From Eledone cirrhosa (taxonomy: Eukaryota), in NCBI GenBank assembly GCA_964016885.1, contig OZ024743.1, positions 96,658,001-96,722,000 on the forward strand: a DNA stretch of 64,000 nucleotides, given 5' to 3'. The notes below the pieces were generated by a model. The model saw only the letters and a program-made list of their open reading frames with translations, searched no databases and had not been told where the DNA came from. The number at the start of each line of letters is the position of its first letter. Positions within the stretch are counted from its first letter, which is position 1. The position numbers were made by a program, and so were the translations under genes. Below are positions 40,601 to 53,734 of the stretch, piece after piece.

Positions 40601-43600
40601 TACCACACTGGTGCTGTCAACACTACCACACTGTTGCTGTCTACACTACCACACTGGTGCTGTCTACACTACCACACTGGTGATGTCAACAGTACCACAC
40701 TGGTGCTGTCTACACTACCACACTGGTGCTGTCTACACTACCACACTGGTGATGTCAACAGTACCACACTGGTGCTGTCAACACTACCACACTGGTGCTG
40801 TCAACACTACCACACTGTTGCTGTCTACACTACCACACTGGTGCTGTCTACACTACCACACTGGTGATGTCAACACTACCACACTGGTGCTGTGAACACT
40901 ACCACACTGGTGCTGTCAACACTACCACACTGGTGCTGTCAACACTACCACACTGGTGCTATAAACACTACCACACTGGTGCTGTGAACACTACCACACT
41001 GGTGCTGTGAACACCACCACACTGGTGCTGTCAACACTACCACACTGGTGCTGTCAACACTACCACACTGGTGCTGTCAACACTACCACACTGGTGCTGT
41101 CAACACTACCACACTGGTGCTGTCAACACTACCACACTGGTGCTGTCTACACTACCACACTGGTGCTGTCAACACTACCACACTGGTGCTGTCAACACTA
41201 CCACACTGGTGCTGTCTACACTACCACACTGGTGCTGTCAACACTACCACACTGGTGCTGTCAACACTACCACACTGGTGCTGTCAACACTACCACACTG
41301 GTGCTGTCAACACTACCACACTGGTGCTGTCAACACTACCACACTGGTGCTGTCAACACTACTGCACTGGTGCTGTCAACACTACCACACTGTTGCTGTC
41401 TACACTACCACACTGGTGCTGTCAACACTACCACACTGGTGCTGTCAACACTACCACACTGGTGCTGTCAACACTACCATACTGGTGCTGTCAACAGTAC
41501 CACACTGGTGCTGTCTACACTACCACACTGGTGCTGTCAACACTACCACACTGGTGCTGTCAACACTACCACACAGGTGTTGTCAACACTACCACACTGG
41601 TGCTGTCTACACTACCACACTGGTGCTGTCAACACTACCACACTGGTGCTGTCTACACTACCACACTGGTGCTGTCAACACTACCACACTGGTGATGTCA
41701 ACACTACCACACTGGTGCTGTCTACACTACCACACTGGTGCTGTCTACACTACCACACTGGTGCTGTCAACACTACCACACTGGTGCTGTCAACACTACC
41801 ACACTGGTGCTGTCTACACTACCACACTGGTGCTGTCAACAGTACCACACTGGTGCTGTCTACACTACCATACTGGTGCTGTCAACAGTACCACACTGGT
41901 GCTGTCTACACTACCACACTGGTGCTGACAACAGTACCACACCGTTGCTGTCAACACTACCACACTGGTGCTGTCAACACTACCACACTGTTGCTGTCTA
42001 CACTACCACACTGGTGCTGTCTACACTACCACACTGGTGATGTCAACAGTACCACACTGGTGCTGTGAACACTACCACACTGGTGCTGTCTACACTACCA
42101 CACTGGTGATGTCAACAGTACCACACTGGTGCTGTCAACACTACCACACTGGTGCTGTCAACACTACCACACTGTTGCTGTCTACAATACCACACTGGTG
42201 CTGTCTACACTACCACACTGGTGATGTCAACACTACCACACTGGTGCTGTGAACACTACCACACTGGTGCTGTCAACACTACCACACTGGTGCTGTCAAC
42301 ACTACCACACTGGTGCTATAAACACTACCACACTGGTGCTGTGAACACTACCACACTGGTGCTGTCAACACTACCACACTGGTGCTGTGAACACTACCAC
42401 ACTGGTGCTGTCAACACTACCACACTGGTGCTGTCAACACTACCACACTGGTGCTGTCAACACTACCACACTGTTGCTGTCTACACTACCGCACTGGTGC
42501 TGTCAACACTACCACACTGGTGCTGTCAACACTACCACACTGGTGCTGTCAACACTACCACACTGGTGCTGTCAACACTACCACACTGGTGCTGTCAACA
42601 CTACCACACTGTTGCTGTCTACACTACCGCACTGGTGCTGTCAACACTACCACACTGGTGCTGTCAACACTACCACACTGGTGCTGTCAACACTACCACA
42701 CTGGTGCTGTCAACACTACCACACTGGTGCTGTCAACACTACCACACTGGTGCTGTCAACACTACCACACTGGTGCTGTCAACACTACCACACTGGTGCT
42801 GTCAACACTACCGCACTGGTGCTGTCAACACTACCACACTGTTGCTGTCTACACTACCACACTGGTGCTGTCAACACTACCACACTGGTGCTGTTAACAC
42901 TACCACACTGGTGCTGTCAACACTACCACACTGGTGCTGTCAACACTACCACCCTGGTGCTGTCAACACTACCACAATGGTGCTGTCTACACTACCACAC
43001 TGGTGCTGTCTACACTACCACACAGGTGCTGTCTACACTACCACACAGGTGCTGTCAACACTACCACACTGGTGCTGTCAACACTACCACACTGGTGCTG
43101 TCAACACTACCACAATGGTGCTGTCAACACTACCACACTGGTGCTGTCAACACTACCACACTGGTGCTGTGAACACTACCACAATGGTGCTGTCAACACT
43201 ACCACACTGGTGCTGTCAACACTACCACACTGGTGCTGTGAACACTACCACAATGGTGCTGTCAACACTACCACACTGGTGCTGTCAACACTACCACACT
43301 GGTGCTGTCAACACTACCACAATGGTGCTGTCAACACTACCACACTGGTGCTGTCAACACTACCACACTGGTGCTGTGAACACTACCACAATGGTGCTGT
43401 CAACACTACCACACTGGTGCTGTCAACACTACCACACTGGTGCTGTCAACACTACCACACTGGTGCTGTCAACACTACCACACTGGTGCTGTCAACACTA
43501 CCACACTGGTGCTGTCAACACTACCACACTGGTGCTGTCAACACTACCACACTGGTGCTGTCAACACTACCACACTGGTGCTGCCAACACTACCACACTG

Positions 43601-43890
43601 GTGCTGTCAACAGTACCACACTGGTGCTGTCAACACTACCACACTGGTGCTGTCAACACTACCACACTGGTGCTGTCAACACTACCACACTGGTGCTGTC
43701 AACAGTACCACACTGGTGTTGTCAACACTACCACACTGGTGCTGTCAACACTACCACACTGGTGCTGTCAACACTACCACACTGGTGCTGTCAACACTAC
43801 CACACTGGTGCTGTGAACACTACCACACTGGTGCTGTCAACACTACCACACTGGTGCTGTCAACAGTACCACACTGGTGCTGTCAACACT
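31636..43890. repeat. 12.25-kb satellite, 23-bp unit CTGGTGCTGTCAACACTACCACA, about 530 copies, with higher-order duplications
   Basis: Direct inspection; identical variant strings recur at offsets that are multiples of 23. Confidence 0.98.
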
Positions 43891-44443
43891 CCCAGAGTTT
43901 TGTGATGTTACACTGCAAAGTTATAATATAAGTATAGAAAAAAAGAGCAGTTTTAAGCAGCTTGGTTTCTGTTATTGTTTAGGAAATTATGGAGATGTTG
44001 AGTTTTAAATAAATTTACATAGAATTATCTTAAATCTCATTCAACAAATTGGCCATCAGTTGCGTGCTTTATTTCTTGTGCAACACCAGATACTCTAATA
44101 TACTCTTATGCAGGCGCACACACAGATAAGCATGTACACACACACGTGCATACATGTACACACACACACACATATGCATGCCGCACACCCACATGCTTGC
44201 ACACCCACATGCACACACACATACATGCACACACACATGCATGCACACACATACATGCATGCACACACACACACACACATGTATGTCCAACCTTTGGCAG
44301 CAGGTAAAACAGATGTTAAACGTTGATGATGATGACACATACACACATGCATATATATATATATATTTATATATGTTAGGTAATTCCGAAGGAAAAGCAA
44401 AGGAGAAAAGAGTGCTCAATGTATAGAACAGAGATATTTAATA

Positions 44444-44582
44444 AGAAATTGAACAACACAAAATATAACTACTCTCAATATAACATCTCTGCCTGATGAC
44501 CGATCCAGACGTATATTATTATTGTCTGTGATCCAGAAACCTTTGGTAATGGAGTAGTTATATTTTGTGTTGTTCACTTTCT
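44444..44582 (+). ncRNA. Type-I hammerhead ribozyme-like motif inside a long inverted repeat (probably Penelope-derived, likely decayed)
   Basis: CTGATGA 44493-99; stem II GATC-CAGAC..GTCTG-GATC; GAAA 44536-39; stem III ACC-TTT-GGT; GTA triplet 44546-48; perfect 24-bp flanking arms. Confidence 0.6.
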
Positions 44583-44703
44583 AATTATATATATATATAT
44601 ATATTATATATATATATATAAGGGTATGCAACATTACTAGCTTACATGTTGCATACACAAATATGAAATAAAAAACTAGGTTGAGAAGAAAAAAAGGCAA
44701 ATT

Positions 44704-47241
44704 CAGTTAACATAGGCTTATGTATGACCACACCAGCACAGTCACCTCTCAGTTAATGTAGGCTTATGTATGACCATACCAGCACAGTCACCTCTCAGTT
44801 AACGTAGGCTTATGTATGACCATACCAGCACAGTCATCTCTCAGTTAACGTAGGCTTATGTATGACCATACCAGCACAATCATCTCTCAGTTAACGTAGG
44901 CTTATGTATGACCATACCAGCACAATCACCTCTCAGTTAACGTAGGCTTATGTATGACCATACCAGCACAGTCATCTCTCAGTTAACGTAGGCTTATGTA
45001 TGACCATACCAGCACAGTCACCTCTCAGTTAACGTAGGCTTATGTATGACCATACCAACACAGTCACGTCTCAGTTAACGTAGGCTTATGTATGACGATA
45101 CCAGCACAGTCACCTCTCAGTTAACATAGGCTTATGTATGACCATACCAGCACAGTCACCTCTCAGTTAACATAGGCTTATGTATGACCATACCAGCACA
45201 GTCACCTCTCAGTTAACATAGGCTTATGTATGACCATACCAGCACAATCATCTCTCAGTTAACGTAGGCTTATGTATGACCATACCAGCACAGTCACCTC
45301 TCAGTTAACGTAGTCTTATGTATGACCATACCAGCACAATCATCTCTCAGTTAACGTAGGCTTATGTATGAGCATACCAGCACAGTCACCTCTCAGTTAA
45401 CGTAGGCTTATGTATGACCATACCAGCACAGTCACCTCTCAGTTAACATAGGCTTATGTATGACCATACCAGCACAATCATCTCTCAGTTAACGTAGGCT
45501 TATTTATGACCATACCAGCACAGTCACCTCTCAGTTAATGTAGGCTTATGTATGACCATACCAGCACAGTCATCTCTCAGTTAACATAGGCTTATGTATG
45601 ACCATACCAGCACCTCTCAGTTAACATAGGCTTATGTATGACCATACCACCACAATCACCTCTCAGTTAACGTTGGCTTATGTATGACCATACCAACACA
45701 ATCATCTCTCAGTTAACGTAGGCTTATGTATGACCATACTAGCACAGTCACCTCTCAGTTAACGTAGGCTTATGTATGACCATACCAGCACAATCATCTC
45801 TCAGTTAACGTAGGCTTATGTATGACCATACCAGCACAATCATCTCTCAGTTAACGTAGGCTTATGTATGACCATACTAGCACAGTCACCTCTCAGTTAA
45901 CGTAGGCTTATGTATGACCATACCAGCACAGTCACCTCTCAGTTAACGTAGGCTTATGTATGACCATACCAACACAGTCACCTCTCAGTTAACGTAGGCT
46001 TATGTATGACCATACCAACACAATCACCTCTCAGTTAACGTAGGCTTATGTATGACCATACCAGCACAGTCACCTCTCAGTTAACGTAGGCTTATGTATG
46101 ACCATACCAGCACAATCACCTCTCAGTTAACGTAAGCTTATGTATGACCATACCACCACAATCATCTCTCAGTTAACGTAGGCTTATGTATGACCATACC
46201 AACACAATCATCTCTCAGTTAACGTAGGCTTATGTATGACCATACAACCACAATCACCTCTCAGTTAACGTAGGCTTATGTATGACCATACCAGCACAGT
46301 CACCTCTCAGTTAACGTAGGCTTATGTATGACCATACCAGCACAATCACCTCTCAGTTAACGTAGGCTTATGTATGACCATACTAGCACAGTCACCTCTC
46401 AGTTAACGTAGGCTTATGTATGACCATACTAGCACAGTCACCTCTCAGTTAACGTAGGCTTATGTATGACCATACCAGCACAGTCATCTCTCAGTTAACG
46501 TAGGCTTATGTATGACCATACCAGCACAATCACCTCTCAGTTAACGTAGGCTTATGTATGACCATACCAGCACAATCACCTCTCAGTTAACGTAGGCTTA
46601 TGTATGACCATACCAGCACAGTCATCTCTCAGTTAACGTAGGCTTATGTATGACCATACCAGCACAGTCATCTCTCAGTTAACATAGGCTTATATATGAC
46701 CATACCAGCACAATCACCTCTCAGTTAACGTAGGCTTATGTATGACCATACCAGCACAATCACCTCTCAGTTAACGTAGGCTTATGTATGACCATACCAG
46801 CACAGTCACCTCTCAGTTAACGTAGGCTTATGTATGACCATACCAGCACAGTCACCTCTCAGTTAACGTAGGCTTATGTATGACCATACCAGCACAGTCA
46901 CCTCTCAGTTAACGTAGGCTTATGTATGACCATACCAGCACAATCATCTCTCAGTTAACATAGGCTTATGTATGACCATACCAGCACAATCATCTCTCAG
47001 TTAACGTAGGCTTATGTATGACCATACCAGCACAGTCACCTCTCAGTTAACGTAGGCTTATGTATGACCATACCAACACAATCATCTCTCAGTTAACGTA
47101 GGCTTATGTATGACCATACCAGCACAGTCACCTCTCAGTTAACGTAGGCTTATGTATGACCATACCAACACAATCATCTCTCAGTTAACGTAGGCTTATG
47201 TATGACGATACCAGCACAATCATCTCTCAGTTAACGTAGGC
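44704..47241. repeat. 2.5-kb satellite, 46-bp unit CAGTTAACGTAGGCTTATGTATGACCATACCAGCACAGTCACCTCT, about 55 copies
   Basis: Direct inspection; one unit near 45610 has a 6-bp deletion. Confidence 0.98.
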
Positions 47242-47569
47242 TCTGTTGTTCATTACTCTAACATTACTACACATCCAGCAAAACATGTATACTTCATTTC
47301 TTTTTAGTCACTGAATATCTTCATCCACAGCCAAGATCTTGCAATCATGCAGTATTGCAGACAAATGCAAAATACTACCCATAGTGTTCAGTTCATCGAC
47401 CAAATTTCTCATCCTATTTTGTAGTACGGGATATAATATATTTAAGAGTAATATTATTTTTGTAATATTTCCAAATATTTGTAAATTGACATTACCTAGA
47501 TTTCTTCTTATATTTAGAATTTGTGAAATACTATGATGCTAAACAGTATTTTTTTCTGTTATTTTGCAG

Positions 47570-47620
47570 GTCAAGATCTAATTAGTTGGATGATGAGAAA
47601 TTTAGATGTGGATGATCAAG
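47570..47620 (+). CDS. RGS7: Internal coding exon of an R7-family regulator of G-protein signalling (RGS6/RGS7/EGL-10-like), DEP domain
   Basis: Pyrimidine tract plus TTTTGCAG acceptor, branch-like CTAAAC at about 47539, and AG|GTATGT donor. The 51-nt phase-1/1 exon translates to (G)QDLISWMMRNLDVDDQ, aligning without gaps to vertebrate RGS7 GSDIVQWLIKNLTIEDP as I recall it. RGS6 vs RGS7 orthology cannot be resolved from 17 aa. Confidence 0.8.
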
Positions 47621-47760
47621 GTATGTATCTTGTTTCTTTCATAACATGGCTGTCATTCATGATATATATTAACAAAAATTCTTTAGTGTATTGATGGTGA
47701 GGAATGAAGAAACACTATACTGCCATTCTGTGTATTTACAATCGTAAAGCAAGAACAAGT

Positions 47761-47989
47761 TTAACCCTTTACCATTTACATTACTCTATATTTACTATTA
47801 TATTTTCACGGTAAAAGCTTTACCTTACATAATTATCTCACATAATATCGAATCTATGAGATTTTGATGTTATTTATTTTGATTACAATACTTTAAGATC
47901 AGTATGAGCAGCCAGTTACAGCCTGTTTGAACAGGAAGAGGTGAGAGAATTCTGGCCGGATATGGCCGGTTCAAATTCTAAATGGTTAA
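47761..47989 (+). mobile_element. piggyBac-type MITE P1
   Basis: TTAA|CCCTTT...AAATGG|TTAA; interior shared with the other P1 copies. Confidence 0.8.
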
Positions 47990-49199
47990 ACAAACAAATT
48001 GCTAAAGAAGCAACAGCTATGGAAACCTCTTATGCCCTCAGATTCCACATTGCCATTCTCCTACATCACAGCAGGATAAGGACATTGTATCTGGGGAAGG
48101 AGCTCTGTCAGATGGAATGGCTGATGTATTAGATACTGCTGGCTGTTCTTTGTGGCACTGTTCTTGCCATTTTGTCTGTGGGGCATAGTCGAGATTCGCT
48201 CTTTAATTATTACGGGGAGATTGCTGGTTTTAGGTTTTAATTTTGTTGTGTATATCTGAAAAAATATCTTTAAAATGTGTAATTAAGAAAAACAAAATTG
48301 TAGAAACAAATAAAAAAGGTAATGAAAAAGTAAAGATCTGGAATCTTCAAACAAAGTTTCATCATTCAAATAATTTTCGTCTGTGTACAATCTAGATTTC
48401 TAGTTATCAAGAGAGCTTTGCATTTCTAGATATAAAAGCAGTTTCCTGAAAGTAAGCTTTTGAATTTATAAAAGTATCAGTTTGCTCCATTCAAAGGATA
48501 TGCATGTCTCCTTTCCTTGATAAAGTTCTAGTTTAGTTGAGAATATAGAAGCTTACTGCTTAGTGATACTATGTGTAATGTAATGTAAACAATTCTTACA
48601 TCTAAGAGGGATTCATATGAATTGTGAACACAATAAATTTCTTTCAGATAAATAAGATTAGTGGATAATTAATTTCTGTGCGTAAGTGAATATATATTTA
48701 TATCTGCATATACTCAGATTGCTGGCTCCAACTCAACTTCATATAAAATATCCAGCTCCACTCAAGTTTTTCCATGTCATTCTATTTGCATTGTATTTCC
48801 CTTTCATTTTTTTTTCTCAAATTTCAACATTTCAAGCTGAATATCAGTTATTATTCTCAAAATACACCAGAGAATTCTATGTACAAACCTCCATCATTGC
48901 AGCTTGCTTGCAGCCAACATCTGTTAACTGATGTCTTCAGTATCTGATCAGTATCCTGTATGTTAACAGTTTGTATTCCATTAGAATTTATGGCTAATTA
49001 TTATTAAATAGGAAGTTGGGTTGTCTCTCTTAAGATAATATTTCTACAGCCATGTCAAAAGATCTAACTTAAAAAGCAAAACTCCATTTGTGTTATTAAT
49101 AGGAATCTATAGAATGATGGATGGCATCCAGCAATAGATGACTGAAACAGTAGAGCACCAGACAAAAGACTTGCTGTATTTTTTCTTGAATTTTTGTTT

Positions 49200-49555
49200 C
49201 CCTCATTAGACAGTGGCCATGCTAAGGTGCCACCTTCAAGGAATTTAGTCAAACTTATTAACACATGTATTAATCTTTTAAAATCTGGTATTTATTTCAT
49301 CAATCTTTTATTTTTGTTGAGCTGCTAAGTTAGAGGGCATAAACAAAGACCCCCCCCCCCCTTCACACACACATTCACACACATACACATGCATGCAACA
49401 CGTGTGCAGGACAGCCTTCTGCAATTTCTGTCTCTCAAATTTTACATGTCAAGGTATTGGTCAACCCAGTAGCAGACACTTACCCGAGGTGCCAATCAGT
49501 GGGAGTAAGCCTAAAATTACATGGCTGCAAAGTGATCTCTTTCACCACAGCCATA
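49200..49555 (-). mobile_element. Old SINE family C copy
   Basis: Similar to 7430-7725; AGACACTTACCCGAGG CORE-like motif. Confidence 0.6.
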
Positions 49556-49639
49556 TTTCTGCCTATTTAATTATTATAACGTTCTCACACTTTTTCAAAT
49601 TGTTATTGACTGCCATTAGGAATATTTTACAAGTCAAAA

Positions 49640-49950
49640 TAATCACCATCATTTGCAATTACCATCTGCCATTGTTAAGGAAGGCATATGATTCCATCCC
49701 TGGAGAAGTGTTTAGGAAGGCACATGATCCCATCCCTGTAGAATTCTTCTGGCTTCAATGCAAAGAATTCCATTAGTCACTGATTTAACTGATCTTCATT
49801 GGCAAAGGTCTTTGACCTTATTTCATTGCTCATTTAGAGAAAAAGGTGATAGTCTGTAGGTGTGAGGTTGGGCAAATATAATGGATGGAGCAGAACCTCC
49901 CAACCTAGCTCCAGCAGCTTCTCACAGGTCATCCTTGATGTATGTAGCCA
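49640..49950 (-). pseudogene. Mariner transposase C-terminal fragment
   Basis: Minus strand reads HTSRMTCEKLLELGWEVLLHPLYLPNLTPTDYHLF (cf. LGWEVLPHPPYSPDLAPSDYHLF), then FYRDGI. Confidence 0.8.
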
Positions 49951-50116
49951 ATGTTTCTAAATAATAATTCTAATTCCTGTTATCTACATCTTAAAAGACA
50001 AAAGACTTATACACCAAACTTGTAGTAATGTGAGTCAACAAGGAACACACCCTACAATTGATGAACCTACTGGAAGCATTATCTAAATTATTATCATTAT
50101 CATTATCATTTTACTG

Positions 50117-50305
50117 GGGCGGTGGATTGGCAGTATCGGTAGAGGGTCAGACGGCATGCTTTCCAGCATAGTTACGTCCCTTTACGATCTGAGTTCAAAT
50201 CCCGCCGAGGTTGACTTTGCCTTTCATCCTTACGGGGTCGATAAAATAAAGTACCAGTAATGCACTGGGTAATTGCTGGCCTTGTGCCTAAAGTAGAAAC
50301 AATTA
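50117..50305 (+). mobile_element. SINE family B with 15-bp target-site duplication
   Basis: ATTATCATTTTACTG at 50102-50116 and 50302-50316. Confidence 0.9.
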
Positions 50306-51944
50306 TCATTTTACTGTGGTTTCTATGCTGACAAGGATTGGATGGGCTATCACACTATAAGACTAAACTGGTCAGGGAGTTGTGTCTTTCTCCTACATTC
50401 CATATTTTGGCATGGTTTCTACAGCTGGATGCCTTTCCTAATGCCAATCACCCTTACAGAGTGTTCCAAGTGCATTTATCATGGCACCAACACTATCTTT
50501 TTGATAGAGTGTGCTGGGTAATTTTTATCATGGCAACAGCACTAAACAGCTTTTAATATTTTCAGGTAAACTAAAGAGTCTCTATTCTAAAAGAAAAACA
50601 AAAATATACACACACCTTGCTATCATAAAATAAAAGAGTCATAGATACACCATGTCTGGAAAGTCTTGAATGATAGGTTGACTTAATTATGTACCTCATA
50701 GGCTAAACGAATATAATAAACTTGTAGAAGTAAAGATTTTATAGAGAAACATTTAAAACTTTTTCTACCGAGTCTTTTAGTCTGGGCTGTCAAGTATATG
50801 AATAAAACTATCTCTATCTCTTAAAAATACCTTAAGAATGATATGATTTCTCTCACTATAACCTAAATCTCTATCACTTAAATATCTTAAACTTCCAATA
50901 TATGTACTTGTCTGCTGAAGTATATGAGTATATATATCAATGTTCAGATACATTAGGGATAGGGATATAAAAGGATATGTACACATACATATATATGAAT
51001 ATACTTGTATGTATTATATATATAGATATATATCATCATCACCATGATAATTGTGATTTTAACTTTCACTTTCCCTGCTAGCAAGTGTTGGATGAGTCTA
51101 CAGAGCCCAAGTCAGTATGAACAGTCTCACATTTGATTGAGTGCACAGGAGTGGTTGTCATGTCTTTGACACAACTGAAGATCCTTCCAAACTTTTGTTT
51201 GGCAAGCCCTCCTTTATAGTTGAATTACCTTCCCATCACCAACCACCTCACAGTGTGGAGCAGCTACTAAGGGTATGTATGGTTGGGTTGAAGTAGTGAT
51301 GTTGAGAATAACTTTTAAAGAGTGTTAGTGGAAGGGGGAATGAGGGTAGGTCAGCTTTTCTTCAGCACCACATAGCGCCAGCCATCGCAGTCTTTAGTCA
51401 TTTCTGTTGTGTTTTAGTATTTTAAGGTCAGTCTTCTGAACATCTTCTCATGTTTTCCTTGGTCTCCCTCTCCCATATCTTTCTTGCTGGAGCAAGGTGG
51501 GACATTGCTCTCAACATGGATGGCCCATCTAACACATGTAAGCATGGAAGAATGAACGCTAAACAGTGATGATGATGATATATATGTAATTATGATGCAT
51601 ATATCTATGCCACATAGGAAACAAAAGTACATATACAGCAACATGATATAGTATACTGCTTAAGCAAATATTTGTAAGCTGTAAACATTAAACTTAACTA
51701 ATACTTTCGTTTTTAAGTGTAGTCAACTTTTAGACAAAAAATCTGAATAAGAAATTTTCTTTCATATATTACATGAATGGTGCCTATGGGAAATTCTTAA
51801 TCAATCTCCAAAGTATTGCATTGATTCATTCATAATTTTTTTCTTTAGACATTCCATACTGAATTTGACCTCAATTCCATACTGAATGGTATGGTAAGTC
51901 AAAGCATTAGGAGAGCCTTTCTGGTGGGGATTTTAATTATTTCG

Positions 51945-52530
51945 AGGTTGTGTTCACAAGTGATGGAAGGTAGGAGGCTGCAATAAGTGCAATAATTACA
52001 GGAGCTGGGACAGCACCAGCCTCAGCATTTAGTAATCAGAAGAAGGTGTAAAAGCCAAACTTACTATCTTCAATTTGGTATTCGTGCCAACCCTTACCTA
52101 TGGTCATGAATCTTGGGTAATGATCAAAAGAATATGATCGCAAATACAAGCGGCTGAAATGGGCTTCCTCCGAAGGGTGTTTAGAGTAATGTTACTCAAT
52201 AGAGTGTATAGCTCAGAGATAAGAGAGTCACTTCAGGTAGAACTGCTACTTCTCCGGATTGAGAGATCACAGCTACGATAATATGGGCATGTGGTTGGAA
52301 TGTCTCAATTGCTGTATAGATTTTGGGGGCAAAACCAACCGGTAGAAGACCCAGGGGTAGATCCTGAGCAAGATGGTTGGATAACATCCATGAGCTTGGC
52401 TGGTCTCACTTGGGGATCCAGCTGGATCAGTTGGAAATGGTTGCTTCTAACAGGACCTGCTGGAAGGAGTGTTTGAGGACTCTGCCCCCATGACCCTCTC
52501 AGGAATAAGTGGGCGAAGAAGAAGGTATGA
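51945..52530 (+). mobile_element. RTE LINE 3' fragment with a long, diverged target-site duplication
   Basis: PTLTYGHESW, AAEMGFLRRV motifs. Flanks CATTAGGAGAGCCTTTCTGGTGGGGATTTTAATTAT and CATTAGGAGAACCTTTTTAGTAGGGACTTTAATTAT. Confidence 0.8.
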
Positions 52531-52689
52531 TAAGACAATTCATTAGGAGAACCTTTTTAGTAGGGACTTTAATTATCAACCCTATTTTCAGCAACTTGAT
52601 GAGCCAGCTGAGGGATGTACTGACCATATACCAGGAGAAATCAGAAAAGCTTGGCCTTCAGGGTAGTTGAGCAAAGACCAAGCTGATGC

Positions 52690-53330
52690 ATGTTGGCGAT
52701 GGCCCAGATCCTCCCCTGCTCCATATTGGCCCCGATATTGTGGAGTTTGTCAGTTCCTACATCTACCTGAACTCTACATTTACCAACAATGGAGACCTGA
52801 TCCCATAGATAAATTGCAGATGTGCTCTGGTTGCTGGAGCCTTGCACCTTCTATGGAAGCCCCTTTGGCACCATTGCACTATCTACCGGAAGATGAAGCT
52901 CCACATCTACAATGAATTGGTCCTCTCCATTCTTCTCAATAGCTTCAATAACATAGTCCTGAGGACTGTTGAGAACATCAGATGGGACCATCACATCTCC
53001 ACTGAAGAGCTATGTGCACGCACACATCAGTTCACAGCTTCATGCCTCATAGCCATCCACTACATTGACTGGTACAGACACGTCCTCAGCCTCCTGCCAG
53101 ATCATCCTACCATGGTCACACTCTCATTAGACTTGGCAGTGGACAGCTGGACAAGGCCTCATGGCAGGCCCTGCACCAGATGGCTGGACATAAGGAAGCT
53201 CTCCAGTGGTTCAATGTCACCTTGGAGGATGCAGAGGGGATGGCACATGACTACCAGCAATGGAGGGTACTGGTAGACCTGGTCAGCTCTATGCTCTATG
53301 ATACCTCTGGGACACTGACCAGGATGACTC
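52690..53330 (+). mobile_element. Degenerate RTE LINE 3' fragment (another family)
   Basis: KLHIYNELVLSILL...WTRPHGRPCTRWLD. Confidence 0.7.
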
Positions 53331-53476
53331 TCAGGCCTATCAAGGAAGAGCAATAGATAGATAGATTTTATCTCTAAATAAATAGCAATCAAATGTGTGT
53401 GTGACAGCTCACACCTATGCAGGTTTAGATGGCCTCCTCCAAGGTATATCTCGTTGGAGGTGTCTTGGGTGATTTA

Positions 53477-53644
53477 ATGATAGGGACCCCAGTCCTATCA
53501 TCTCATTTCTACAGCTGAGTAAACTGGAGCAACGTGAAATAAAGTGTCTTGCTGAAGGAAATAACACACCACCTGGTCTGAGAATTGAACTCATAACCTT
53601 TTAATTGCAAGCCCAATGCTCTAACCACTAAGCCATGTGCCTTC
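53477..53644 (-). mobile_element. SINE family A, 5' half
   Basis: Reverse complement of 17466-17635. Confidence 0.85.
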
Positions 53645-53734
53645 AAATGGGGGAACCTTTATTGCCTATCAATATCTCAAACCAGGAGAAATAACAATGT
53701 ATTATTCCTGAAATCAGATCCAACCTAGTAAGTA

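Noticed and set aside
31626-43931. Dozens of long ORFs with a 23-aa Cys/His-rich repeat (VLSTLPHWCCQHYHTGAVNTTTL)
   Set aside because: A stop-free 23-nt unit gives the same peptide in all three frames. TGA variants interrupt frames at random, and there are no splice signals or codon-level constraint.
44704-47241. CRISPR-like appearance of the 46-, 41-, 23- and ~47-bp arrays
   Set aside because: Head-to-tail units without unique spacers, no cas genes, eukaryotic context.
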